From NCBI GenBank assembly GCA_045636125.1, contig JAZTWX010000001.1:294-64293 (forward strand): 64,000 nucleotides of DNA, given 5' to 3'. The first letter of the stretch is position 1. Each line of letters starts with the position of its first letter. The translations under genes were made by a program, and so were the position numbers. The DNA is from Bacteroidaceae bacterium (lineage in GTDB: Bacteria > Bacteroidota > Bacteroidia > Bacteroidales > Bacteroidaceae). The notes under the pieces are model-generated. The model was not told where the DNA came from, did no database searches, and worked only from the letters and a program-made list of their open reading frames with translations. Positions 37,975 through 47,535 of this stretch are shown piece after piece.

Positions 37975-39084
37975 ATGGATGCAAAACTGAATCACTCCGA
38001 ATTATCGGCTATGCTGGCCAAGGTGGCCGGCCTCTCCAATGCAAAAGCCGAAGCGTTTACTAAAGCCTTTTTCGACATTATAATAGAGGGGCTCGAAAAT
38101 GATGGTAGCGTAAAAATCAACGGGTTGGGAACATTCAAGATTACCGACGTTGCCAGCCGCGAGAGTGTCAACGTGAACACGGGCGAGAAGTTCGAAATCA
38201 AAGGGCATAAGAAACTCACTTTTACTCCGGCCGATGCGCTCAAGGAGAAGGTGAACCAGCCTTTTGCAATGTTCGAGCCAGTGGAGATTGACGATAGCTA
38301 CGTTGAGGAGGAAGAAGAGAACGAGGAACCTGCGGAAATTGTTGAAACAGAAGAGGCTGCCGATGTTGCTGCTCCCGAAGCAACCGAGCCTGCAGTTGCG
38401 GCCGAGCAACAAGAAACTGTTGCCGAAGAGACTGAAATAGCAGAGGTGGAGCAAGCTGAAGAACCTGCAACGGCCGAAGAGTGTGAGACTCCCGCAAAAG
38501 AGGAGGAGGCACCCGCTGTTGGCGAGCAGCCTCAGGAGGCCGTTGCTGCGCCTGCACCTGCACAAAATGAGCCTGCACAACAGCCCGCGGTTGAAAAGAA
38601 GAAAAGCTATGCGGCACTTTATATTATCCTGGCGGCAGCTTTAATTGCCGTGTCTGTTTATTTGCTTGCACCTTATATATATAATAATAACACAAGCATC
38701 AAAAATGCAGAGGCGGTGCTTGCGCAGCCCCTTCTTTCGGCTGTTCACGACACTGTGCCTGCCGACACTGCAACTGTTGCAGCCGAAGAGCCCAAGGTGG
38801 AAGAAAAGGCCGATGAGCCTTATGTCTTTGTTCTTGTAGATGAACTTGCGGCAAAGAGTGTTGCAGCAGTGGGTGTTGAAGATACTTTGCTCTACACAGC
38901 ATCGGCATCAATTGCTACCCACAAGGTTGCCGAAAATGAGACGCTGACCCGTATATCGCTGAAATATTATGGTGACAAGCGTTTGTGGCCCTATATTGTA
39001 AAATACAACAATCTGCACGACCCCAACGGCCTTTCGCGTGGGATGTCACTCGAAATTCCGCGTCTTGTGCCCGCAAACCGTTAA
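37975..39084 (+). CDS. HU-like domain / acidic linker / TM helix / LysM domain fusion protein
   Basis: 369 aa. The N-terminal about 95 aa is an HU fold (INGLGTFKITDVASRESVNVNTGEKFEIKGHKKLTFTP). It continues with an E/A/P-rich tract, TM helix ALYIILAAALIAVSVYLLAPY, and a C-terminal LysM-like block (HKVAENETLTRISLKYYGDKRLWPYIVKYNNL...GMSLEIP). Confidence 0.8.
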   Translation: MDAKLNHSELSAMLAKVAGLSNAKAEAFTKAFFDIIIEGLENDGSVKINGLGTFKITDVASRESVNVNTGEKFEIKGHKKLTFTPADALKEKVNQPFAMFEPVEIDDSYVEEEEENEEPAEIVETEEAADVAAPEATEPAVAAEQQETVAEETEIAEVEQAEEPATAEECETPAKEEEAPAVGEQPQEAVAAPAPAQNEPAQQPAVEKKKSYAALYIILAAALIAVSVYLLAPYIYNNNTSIKNAEAVLAQPLLSAVHDTVPADTATVAAEEPKVEEKADEPYVFVLVDELAAKSVAAVGVEDTLLYTASASIATHKVAENETLTRISLKYYGDKRLWPYIVKYNNLHDPNGLSRGMSLEIPRLVPANR

Positions 39085-39193
39085 AGTATCTTTAATATAA
39101 CAGAGGTTAAATCTCTTTTAGGAATATTAACACACAAAAAGGGACAAAAGCCGTATTTTTGGAAATAAAACAAACAAATAAAGACATACAACT

Positions 39194-40189
39194 ATGAGTG
39201 GTGTAATAAACATCAGAGAATTGAATGAAATGATAGAAAAGCAGAGTGGCTTTGTTACCAACCTGCTCACCGGAATGGACCAGGTAATTGTGGGGCAGAA
39301 GCACCTTGTGGAATCTCTGCTTATTGGACTTCTGGCCGATGGTCACGTATTGCTCGAAGGTCTTCCCGGCCTTGCAAAGACACTTGCAATAAAAACACTT
39401 TCCGAACTTATCGATGCAAAATTCAGCCGCATACAGTTTACTCCCGACCTCTTGCCAGCCGACGTTGTGGGAACAATGGTATACAGCCAAAAGGAGGAGG
39501 AATTCAAGCCCAAATGTGGCCCCATCTTCGCAAACTTCGTACTTGCCGATGAGATTAACCGTGCTCCGGCTAAAGTGCAGAGTGCATTGCTCGAAGCGAT
39601 GCAGGAGCGCCAGGTGACAATTGGTAAAGAGACTTTCCCCTTGCCCTCGCCCTTCCTTGTGCTTGCCACACAGAACCCCATTGAGCAGGAGGGTACTTAC
39701 CCCTTGCCCGAGGCGCAGGTTGACCGTTTTATGCTCAAGGTTATTATCGGTTACCCCGAACTTGCCGAGGAGAAGAGAATCATCCGCCAGAATATAAGCG
39801 GTGAGAAGATTAAGGTGCAGCCCCTGTTGAAGCCCGAGGAGATTATTGAGGCCCGCAAGATTGTGCGTCAGGTGTATCTCGACGAGAAGATTGAGCAATA
39901 CATTGCCGACATTGTGTTTGCAACCCGTTTCCCCGATAAATATGGTATGAAGGAACTGAAAGAGATGATATCTTTCGGTGCTTCGCCCCGTGCATCTATC
40001 AACCTTGCTCTTGCAGCCCGCGCCTATGCGTTCATTAAGCGTCGCGGTTACGTTATCCCTGAGGATGTACGCGCCGTTGCTCACGACGTGTTGCGTCACC
40101 GCATCGGCCTGAGCTACGAGGCTGAAGCAAGCAATGTTTCGGCCGATGAAATTGTAAGCCAGATACTTAACCGAGTAGAGGTACCCTAA
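39194..40189 (+). CDS. moxR: MoxR family AAA+ ATPase (first gene of the Bat/aerotolerance operon)
   Basis: 331 aa. LLEGLPGLAKTL is Walker A and FANFVLADEINRAPAKVQSALLEAMQE is Walker B / sensor. Confidence 0.92.
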   Translation: MSGVINIRELNEMIEKQSGFVTNLLTGMDQVIVGQKHLVESLLIGLLADGHVLLEGLPGLAKTLAIKTLSELIDAKFSRIQFTPDLLPADVVGTMVYSQKEEEFKPKCGPIFANFVLADEINRAPAKVQSALLEAMQERQVTIGKETFPLPSPFLVLATQNPIEQEGTYPLPEAQVDRFMLKVIIGYPELAEEKRIIRQNISGEKIKVQPLLKPEEIIEARKIVRQVYLDEKIEQYIADIVFATRFPDKYGMKELKEMISFGASPRASINLALAARAYAFIKRRGYVIPEDVRAVAHDVLRHRIGLSYEAEASNVSADEIVSQILNRVEVP

Positions 40190-40192
40190 ACT

Positions 40193-41065
40193 ATGGAAAC
40201 GAGTGAACTCATAAAAAAAGTTCGCAAAATAGAGATAAAGACACGCGGCCTTTCGCACAATATTTTTGCGGGGCAGTATCATTCGGCATTCAAAGGACGA
40301 GGAATGTCGTTCAGCGAGGTGCGCGAATATCAGTATGGCGACGATGTGCGCGATATTGACTGGAACGTCACAGCCCGTTTCAACAAACCTTTTGTAAAGG
40401 TTTTTGAGGAGGAACGTGAGCTCACCGTGATGCTGCTTGTCGACCTTTCGCAGAGCCTCGACTTTGGAACCATAAAGCAGACAAAGCGCGACATGCTCAC
40501 CGAAATTGCTGCAACCCTTGCTTTTGCGGCAATACAGAACAACGACAAGATTGGAGTTATTTTCTTTACCGACAAGGTTGAGAAATTCATCCCGCCGCAG
40601 AAGGGCCGTAAACATATTCTCTACATAATACGTGAGCTCATAAACTTTGAACCGGAGGGCAGAAAAACCGATATTACCGTGCCGTTGCAGTTTCTCACAA
40701 ACGCAATAAAGAAAAGATGTACGGCCTTTCTGTTGAGTGATTTTATTGCCCCTGCCGAGTATAAGAATGCGCTCACTATTGCCAACCGCAAACACGACGT
40801 TGCAGCCATTAAAGTGTACGACCGCCGTGTAGCGGAACTCCCTCGCATTGGTCTTATGAAAATTAAGGATGCCGAGAGTGGGGAGGAGATGTACATAGAC
40901 ACCTCGTCGGCAAAGGTGCAGAAGGCACAGCGCGAGTGGTGGAGAGTGCAGAGTGCGACAGTGGAGGATATTTTCAAAAAGAGCGGGGTTGACGCAGTGT
41001 CGGTGCGTACCGACCAAGATTTTGTGAAGGCGCTTATGTCGCTTTTCGCAATGCGTGCCCGATAA
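40193..41065 (+). CDS. DUF58 domain protein (MoxR partner)
   Basis: 290 aa. EVREYQYGDDVRDIDWNVTAR is the DUF58 signature. Confidence 0.88.
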   Translation: METSELIKKVRKIEIKTRGLSHNIFAGQYHSAFKGRGMSFSEVREYQYGDDVRDIDWNVTARFNKPFVKVFEEERELTVMLLVDLSQSLDFGTIKQTKRDMLTEIAATLAFAAIQNNDKIGVIFFTDKVEKFIPPQKGRKHILYIIRELINFEPEGRKTDITVPLQFLTNAIKKRCTAFLLSDFIAPAEYKNALTIANRKHDVAAIKVYDRRVAELPRIGLMKIKDAESGEEMYIDTSSAKVQKAQREWWRVQSATVEDIFKKSGVDAVSVRTDQDFVKALMSLFAMRAR

Positions 41066-41081
41066 TTATTCTGTTTTTGCA

Positions 41082-42155
41082 ATGAAAAAGATACTACTTG
41101 TAACATATATACTAACAGCTCTTTTGTTTACAGCTGCCGCGCAGAGCGTGTCGGTGAATGCCGAAATAGATTCCTGCCAGCGTTTTATCGGTGAACAGGC
41201 GCGCATTAAACTTAAAGTGGGGGTTGATGCAAAGAAAAGAGCGCTTTTGCCTATATTCGACAAAGAGATTGTTGAGGGTGTGGAGATTGTGGAGAAACTG
41301 CCCAACGACACACAGCGATTGAACGACGGCAAGCGTTTCCTCATTACCGAGGAGTATATTGTGACCTCTTTCGACAGTGCGCTTTATGTTATCCCGCCTT
41401 TTGAGGTGATTGTCGACGGCGAGCCATTTTATTCCGAAGAGCTTGCTATGGCTGTTTATATGGTACCTGTCGACACTACAAATCTTGAACAGTTATTTCC
41501 TCCGAAGGATATTCGACGCGTAGACCTCACCTGGGACGACTACAAAAGCAGTGTAGGCTATTCGCTGTTGCTTGTTCTGCTTGCAGCGGCTCTTGTGTGG
41601 GTGGTTGTGCGTTATGTAAGCAACAAACCCATTATACGCATTGTAAAGATTAAGCCCAAAATGCCTGCACACGTTGTTGCTCTTGGGGCTTTGGAGAGTA
41701 TAAAGAACGACAAGACCCGTTACACGGCCGATAGCAGTAAAGAGTTCTACACCGCTGTAACCGATGCGTTGCGTGTGTATATGCATGAGCGTTTCTCGTT
41801 CAATGCCACCGAAATGACAACCGATGAGATTGTGGCGGCTCTGCTGGCAATAAAGGACAAGGAGAGCATTGCAGAACTGCGTGAACTGTTGCAGACAGCC
41901 GACCTTGTGAAGTTCGCGAGATTCAACCCGCCTACAAACGAGAACGACCGCAACCTTGTGAATGCAATGGAGTTTGTGAACAGCACAAAGCCCGCCGAGG
42001 GTGAAATTCCTGCAGGACCCACCGAGAAGAGAATTGTGAACAGGCGTTCGCAGCGTTCAAAGAGAATGCTCCTTGCCGGAATTGTATTATTGTCGGCTGC
42101 GGTTGCAGGCACGCTTGCGCTGCTCATTTGCGACCTTTACTATTTGATAAGTTAA
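41082..42155 (+). CDS. Bat-operon membrane protein (BatD-like N-domain + DUF4381-like region)
   Basis: It has a signal peptide (MKKILLVTYILTALLFTAAAQ) and a central TM helix. The C-terminal ...EIVAALL...LRELLQTADLVKFARFNPP resembles the BatD / DUF4381 tail. It occupies the orf3 position of the Bacteroides bat operon. Confidence 0.65.
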   Translation: MKKILLVTYILTALLFTAAAQSVSVNAEIDSCQRFIGEQARIKLKVGVDAKKRALLPIFDKEIVEGVEIVEKLPNDTQRLNDGKRFLITEEYIVTSFDSALYVIPPFEVIVDGEPFYSEELAMAVYMVPVDTTNLEQLFPPKDIRRVDLTWDDYKSSVGYSLLLVLLAAALVWVVVRYVSNKPIIRIVKIKPKMPAHVVALGALESIKNDKTRYTADSSKEFYTAVTDALRVYMHERFSFNATEMTTDEIVAALLAIKDKESIAELRELLQTADLVKFARFNPPTNENDRNLVNAMEFVNSTKPAEGEIPAGPTEKRIVNRRSQRSKRMLLAGIVLLSAAVAGTLALLICDLYYLIS

Positions 42156-42165
42156 TTTGTTAGTT

Positions 42166-43155
42166 ATGTTTTTTGCAAAAATAGGATACTTGCTTCTTTT
42201 TATTCCTCTTGCAGCATATATAATATGGTATATACTGAAAGGGCGCAGGCTCGACCCCTCGATGAAGGTGTCGACAGCCGTTCCTTTCCTGAAAAAGGAG
42301 ATAAAGAGCTATAAGAACTATATAATCGACCTGCCGTTTGTGTTGCGCGTCATAACACTTTCGATGGTTATAATTGTGCTTGCCCGGCCACAGAGTACCA
42401 ATCGTTGGCAGAATACCGAGGTTGAGGGTATTGATATTATGCTTGCAATGGACGTTTCCACAAGTATGCTTGCAATGGATCTTTCCCCCAACCGTCTCGA
42501 GGCTGCAAAGCAGGTGGCTGCCGAATTCATTAACGGCCGCCCCAACGACAATATAGGCCTCACTATATTTGCCGGTGAAAGTTTCACGCAGTGTCCTTTG
42601 ACAATTGACCACAGTGTGTTGCTCAATATGCTCAACGGTGTAAAGTGCGACATTGCCGCACAGGGTATCATTGAGGACGGAACAGCCATTGGTATGGGTG
42701 TTGCAAACGCTGTGAGCCGTTTGAAGGAGAGTAAGGCAAAATCGAAGGTTATTATTCTGCTCACCGACGGTTCGAACAACCGCGGAGAAATATCTCCCGA
42801 AGCTGCTGCCGAAATTGCACAGAAATTCGGTATACGAGTATACACTATCGGCGTGGGAACAAACGGCACAGCCCCCTATCCCTATGGCGGCAGAGTGGTG
42901 AATGTTCCTGTGGAGATTGACGAAACAACGCTCAATAAAATTGCTACAATTACCGACGGAAACTATTACCGTGCCACCAGCAATTCAAAGTTGAAAGAGG
43001 TGTACGAGAAAATCGACAAACTCGAACGCACTAAATTGAATGTCAAAGAATTTAGCACGCGCGAAGAGGAATTTCAAATATTTGCATTTGTGGCGTTCGC
43101 CGCGCTTTTGCTTGAAATTTTGTTGCGTAACACCATTTTGAGAAAAATACCTTAA
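42166..43155 (+). CDS. batA: VWA domain protein BatA
   Basis: N-terminal TM helices are followed by a VWA domain with MIDAS DxSxS (AMDVSTSM). ATG 42166 is preferred over the track's TTG at 42157. Confidence 0.85.
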   Translation: MFFAKIGYLLLFIPLAAYIIWYILKGRRLDPSMKVSTAVPFLKKEIKSYKNYIIDLPFVLRVITLSMVIIVLARPQSTNRWQNTEVEGIDIMLAMDVSTSMLAMDLSPNRLEAAKQVAAEFINGRPNDNIGLTIFAGESFTQCPLTIDHSVLLNMLNGVKCDIAAQGIIEDGTAIGMGVANAVSRLKESKAKSKVIILLTDGSNNRGEISPEAAAEIAQKFGIRVYTIGVGTNGTAPYPYGGRVVNVPVEIDETTLNKIATITDGNYYRATSNSKLKEVYEKIDKLERTKLNVKEFSTREEEFQIFAFVAFAALLLEILLRNTILRKIP

Positions 43156-43166
43156 ACGTATTTGCC

Positions 43167-44186
43167 ATGAAATTTGCCAACCCCGAATATCTATACCTTC
43201 TGATACTTATTCCCATACTCCTGGGAGTATTCATATATGCCGGATACCGCAGAAAAAAGAATCTGCGGCTTTATGGCGATGTAAACCTTATAAAAGAGCT
43301 TATGCCCGATGTATCGGCCTATCGCACTGCGGTTAAATTCTGGCTATCTTTGGCTGCTTTTGCTCTCATTACAATAGCGCTTGCCCGCCCGCAGTTCGGT
43401 TCGAAAAAGGAGACAATAACCCGCCAGGGAATAGAGACTGTAATTGCGCTGGATATTTCGAATTCAATGTTGGCCGAGGATATTGCGCCCAACCGACTGG
43501 AAAAGGCGAAGAAAATAATATCGCGCCTGATAGATAAATTCGAGAATGACAAGGTGGGGCTCATTGTGTTTGCCGGCGACGCTTTTGTGCAGTTGCCCAT
43601 AACAAATGACTTCATTTCGGCAAAAATGTTCCTCGAAACAATAAACCCTTCGCTCATTTCGCGCCAGGGAACCGATATAGGGGCAGCCATTAACCTTGCA
43701 ATGAAGAGTTTTACTCCCAACGAAGAGGTTGGCAAGGCTATAATTGTAATTACCGATGGTGAGAACCACGAGGGTGCGGCCGAAGAGGCTGCAAAGGCTG
43801 CCACAGAGAAGGGAATGAACGTCTATCTGCTTGGTGTGGGCTCGCTCGAAGGTGCTCCCATCCCCATTGAAGGTACAAGGGATTACCGTCGCGACAAGGA
43901 TGGCAATGTGGTTGTTACAAAGCTCAATGAGCTTATGGCACAGGAGATTGCAAAGGCCGGCAAGGGTGCGTACATAAGAGTGGATAATACTAACAACGCG
44001 CAGCGCCTTCTCGAAAGCGAGCTTGACAAACTTGCAAAGACCGACCTCTCGACCGAGGTGTATACCGAATATAATGAGCAATTTGAATTTATTGCGCTCA
44101 TTGCTTTGCTATTGCTTGCAATTGAGGCTGTTATACTCCCCGGCAAGAGCCGTTTTACACGCAATATAAAACTTTTTAACCGATAG
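43167..44186 (+). CDS. batB: VWA domain protein BatB
   Basis: 339 aa. It has TM helices and VWA MIDAS ALDISNSM. Confidence 0.85.
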   Translation: MKFANPEYLYLLILIPILLGVFIYAGYRRKKNLRLYGDVNLIKELMPDVSAYRTAVKFWLSLAAFALITIALARPQFGSKKETITRQGIETVIALDISNSMLAEDIAPNRLEKAKKIISRLIDKFENDKVGLIVFAGDAFVQLPITNDFISAKMFLETINPSLISRQGTDIGAAINLAMKSFTPNEEVGKAIIVITDGENHEGAAEEAAKAATEKGMNVYLLGVGSLEGAPIPIEGTRDYRRDKDGNVVVTKLNELMAQEIAKAGKGAYIRVDNTNNAQRLLESELDKLAKTDLSTEVYTEYNEQFEFIALIALLLLAIEAVILPGKSRFTRNIKLFNR

Positions 44187-44192
44187 ATTAAA

Positions 44193-44894
44193 ATGTTGAA
44201 TATAAAATATATACTTCTGCTGCTTGTGATAGTGTCTTCGCCTGCGGCTGCACAAAAAAGCTACCGCGAATATATGCGTAGCGGCAATAAATTGTATGCC
44301 GACAGTGTGTACGACAAAGCAGAAATTGAGTACCGAAAAGCTGTTGAGCTGAACCCTAACGGCAGCGAAGCGCTCTATAACCTCGGCAACGCCCTGCTTT
44401 TCCAGAACAAGGCACAGGAGGCTATGGACCAGTATCAGATGGCCGAAAAACGCGAGAGCGACAAGAAGAATCTTGCGCAGATACACCACAATATGGGTGT
44501 TCTCTGTCAGGCGGCAAAGGATTACGGCAAGGCGGTGGAGTATTACAAACAGTCGTTGCGCGAGAATTCTACCGACCACGAAACACGCTACAACCTTGCC
44601 GTTGCAATGAGACAGTTGAAGGATCAACAGCAAAATCAGGGCCAGCAACAGGAACAGCAGCAAGATAAAAAGGAGGAACAGCAGGAGCAGAACAAGCAAC
44701 AACAGCAACAACAACAACAGCAGCAGGAACAGGACCAACAGCAGCAACAGCAAAAGCAGCAAAATGAGAATGAAATGTCGAAAGAGAATGCCGAACAGCT
44801 GTTGGAGTCGGCTATGCAGGACGAAAAAGATGTGCAGGAGAAGGTGAAGAAGATGATGCAGGTGCGTGGTCGCAAACTCGAAAAAGATTGGTAA
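44193..44894 (+). CDS. batC: TPR protein BatC with a Gln-rich tract
   Basis: 233 aa. It has a signal/anchor and TPR repeats (ALYNLGNALLFQNK..., HHNMGVLCQAAKDYGKAVEYYKQSL). A Q-rich low-complexity run spans aa 145-190. Confidence 0.8.
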   Translation: MLNIKYILLLLVIVSSPAAAQKSYREYMRSGNKLYADSVYDKAEIEYRKAVELNPNGSEALYNLGNALLFQNKAQEAMDQYQMAEKRESDKKNLAQIHHNMGVLCQAAKDYGKAVEYYKQSLRENSTDHETRYNLAVAMRQLKDQQQNQGQQQEQQQDKKEEQQEQNKQQQQQQQQQQEQDQQQQQQKQQNENEMSKENAEQLLESAMQDEKDVQEKVKKMMQVRGRKLEKDW

Positions 44895-44933
44895 CCGAAG
44901 CATACATCAACACAAAAAACATAGAACAGATAT

Positions 44934-46757
44934 ATGAAAAAAGTACTTTTCACAATAATACTTTTTACAGCCACGTTGGCAACGGTATTTGCCGACGAAA
45001 TAACATTCACGACATCTGCGCCCAATGCTGTTGTCGTGAACCAGCGTTTCAGGCTCAAATACACCATAAACCGCCGCAATGTGCGCGAGCCGCTGGTGCC
45101 TGCAATTGAGAATTTCAATGTACTTGCAGGCCCTTATCGTTCGGAACAGTCGAGTACACAAATTATCAATGGCGAGGTAACATCTACCCAGGCGGTAACG
45201 TTCACATATACACTTTTGGCCGAAAAAGAGGGTGCGTTTACAATTCCCGGTGCAACAATAAAGGTCGACGGTAAAGAGTATACATCGAACCCGGTGAAAG
45301 TAAAGGTGTTGCCCGAGGACAAGAGCGCAAATGGGGCAGCCAATGCAAGGCAACAACGCCAAGCGCAGCAAGCCGGTAGCGGCAATGAGATATCGGCCGA
45401 CGAACTTTTTATGACTGCCACCGTAAACAAGACAAAGGTTTATGAGCAGGAGGCCGTGCTCCTTTCTTACAAGGTGTATTCGGCAGTGAACCTAACCTCG
45501 CTCAATGGCAAGGCTCCCGATTTGAAAGGGTTCCAGATTCAAGAGGTGGAGCTTCCTCGTAACAAGGAGTGGCAGATTGAGCACTACAAGGGCCGCAACT
45601 ACCGCACGTTGCTGTGGCAGCAATTTGTGCTTTTCCCCCAGCAGAGTGGCGAAATTGAAATTCCGGCGACAACGTTCGAGGGAGTGGTTACACAACAAGT
45701 GCGCAATTACGACGATATTTTCTCGTTCTTCGGCGGTAACAACTATGTTGAGGTGAAGAGAGAGTTGCGTACTCCCAAACTTAAAATAAATGTTCAGAAA
45801 TTGCCCGCGGGAAAGCCCGACAGCTATTCGGGAGCGGTTGGAAACTTCAAGATATCTTCTTCGGTAAGCACCACCGAGCTTAAAGCCAATGAGGCGGTAA
45901 CTTTGCGTCTGGTAATATCGGGAACAGGAAATATGAAACTCATTAAAACCCCCGAGGTTGCCTTCCCCGAGGATTTTGAGATATACGACCCGAAGGTTGA
46001 AAATAAATTCACACTCAAGAACAATGGCTTTTCGGGCAACAAAATCATAGAGTATCTTGCAATTCCCCGTTACGGCGGCAGTTACACAATACCTGCCGTA
46101 AAATTCACCTATTTCGATATAAATGCGCGTGAGTACAAGACTGTGGAGACCGAGAGTTACACTCTGCAGGTTGAAAAGGGCAAGGAGACGGGCGGAGCTG
46201 TTGCTGCATATGTGAGCAAGGAAGAACTCAAGATGCTGGGGCAGGATATTCGCTATATTAAGCGTGGTGCCGCGGTGTGGGGCATGCGTGGCAACTATTT
46301 CTATGCCTCGCTGCAATATTACCTGTGGTACGCTGTTCCGTTTGTTCTGTTTGTGCTCTATATCATTGTGTGCCGCAAGCAAATGAAGGAGAATGCCAAT
46401 ATTGCCGCAATGCGCACAAAGAAGGCCAACAAGGTGGCGGTGAAGCGCTTGAAGGTTGCAAAGAAACTTATGCATGAGAACAAGTCGGGCGGTTTCTACG
46501 ACGAGATATTGAAGACTCTTTGGGGATATATGAGCGACAAATTGAATATTCCTGTGTCGCAATTGTCGAAAGAGAATATAGCAGCCCGCCTTGCCGAAAG
46601 AGGAGTGGAGGAGTCGCTTGTAAACGAATTGCACAATCTGCTGAATGAGGCGGAATTTGCCCGTTACGCTCCCGGTGATGCAAATGCAACTATGGAGAAT
46701 GTATACAAGCAGGCAATGAGCGTGATAAGTACAATGGAAAATAGTATAAAAAGATAA
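44934..46757 (+). CDS. batD: BatD (oxygen-tolerance) protein
   Basis: 607 aa. It has a signal peptide, repeated BatD-type beta domains, a TM helix near aa 470, and a C-terminal FARYAPG tail. Confidence 0.82.
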   Translation: MKKVLFTIILFTATLATVFADEITFTTSAPNAVVVNQRFRLKYTINRRNVREPLVPAIENFNVLAGPYRSEQSSTQIINGEVTSTQAVTFTYTLLAEKEGAFTIPGATIKVDGKEYTSNPVKVKVLPEDKSANGAANARQQRQAQQAGSGNEISADELFMTATVNKTKVYEQEAVLLSYKVYSAVNLTSLNGKAPDLKGFQIQEVELPRNKEWQIEHYKGRNYRTLLWQQFVLFPQQSGEIEIPATTFEGVVTQQVRNYDDIFSFFGGNNYVEVKRELRTPKLKINVQKLPAGKPDSYSGAVGNFKISSSVSTTELKANEAVTLRLVISGTGNMKLIKTPEVAFPEDFEIYDPKVENKFTLKNNGFSGNKIIEYLAIPRYGGSYTIPAVKFTYFDINAREYKTVETESYTLQVEKGKETGGAVAAYVSKEELKMLGQDIRYIKRGAAVWGMRGNYFYASLQYYLWYAVPFVLFVLYIIVCRKQMKENANIAAMRTKKANKVAVKRLKVAKKLMHENKSGGFYDEILKTLWGYMSDKLNIPVSQLSKENIAARLAERGVEESLVNELHNLLNEAEFARYAPGDANATMENVYKQAMSVISTMENSIKR

Positions 46758-46761
46758 TGAA

Positions 46762-47511
46762 ATGAGAAAAGCAATATATTTCCTGTTATTATTGTTGCCT
46801 TGTGCGGCTTTTGCAAGCGGACAGGCGAAAAGCACCGGCGACAGCCTTTACATTGCCGGCGATTATGCGGCCGCCATTGAGGTTTATGAGGGAATAGGCG
46901 CTGGGGGTACGGAGTCGCACGCGCTCTATTACAATTTGGGCAATGCATACTACAAAAGCGGTAACATTGCAAAAGCTATTATAAATTACGAAAGAGCCTT
47001 GCTCATTTCGCCCGGTGACGAGGATAGCCGTTTCAACCTTGCGCTTGCAAAAAGCAAGACCGTGGACAAGGTGCAGGAGCCTTACACTTTGTTTATCACC
47101 GAGTGGATAGATGCACTTGTAAACGCATTCAGCCTCACAGCGTGGGCGGTTACTGCAATTGCGGCATTCATTGTGTTGTTGCTTGCGCTCATCGTCTATC
47201 TTTTCGGCAAGTGCGTGAGAGTGCGCAAGCTCGCGTTCTTTGTTGCAATAATATCACTCCTTGTTACCGTTGTTGCCAATTATGCGGCAGCGCAGCAGAG
47301 TGAGAGGCTCACCAACCGCACAGCGGCAATAATAATAGCGCCCAGCGTAACTGCAAAAAGCACACCCGATAATTCGGGAACCGACCTTTTTGTGATACAC
47401 GAGGGACGAAAAGTGCAGATTTCCGACGACACAATGAACAGTTGGAAAGAGATTAAGCTCGAGGACGGCACCGTGGGCTGGATACCCGCAAACGCGTTGG
47501 AAAAAATTTAA
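46762..47511 (+). CDS. batE: TPR + TM + SH3-like protein BatE
   Basis: 249 aa. It has TPR repeats (ALYYNLGNAYYKSGNIAKAIINYERAL), two TM helices, and a C-terminal SH3b-like region (WKEIKLEDGTVGWIPANAL). Confidence 0.8.
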   Translation: MRKAIYFLLLLLPCAAFASGQAKSTGDSLYIAGDYAAAIEVYEGIGAGGTESHALYYNLGNAYYKSGNIAKAIINYERALLISPGDEDSRFNLALAKSKTVDKVQEPYTLFITEWIDALVNAFSLTAWAVTAIAAFIVLLLALIVYLFGKCVRVRKLAFFVAIISLLVTVVANYAAAQQSERLTNRTAAIIIAPSVTAKSTPDNSGTDLFVIHEGRKVQISDDTMNSWKEIKLEDGTVGWIPANALEKI

Positions 47512-47535
47512 GAAACTCTGCAAAACACAAGCACA

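Noticed and set aside
39107-41017. A 636-aa ORF on the minus strand, antisense to moxR and the DUF58 gene.
   Set aside because: It is exactly antisense to two genes with strong family signatures. Its translation is low-complexity and His/Cys/Leu/Val-rich with no recognisable motif. Such stop-free antisense frames are a known by-product of codon bias. The same applies to 45492-46835, 29513-30793, 31145-32143, 36451-37446, 35399-36313, 19539-20531 and similar ORFs.
44109-44903. A 264-aa minus-strand ORF with a long poly-Leu run.
   Set aside because: It is the reverse complement of the CAG/CAA Gln-rich tract of batC and is an artefact of the repeat.
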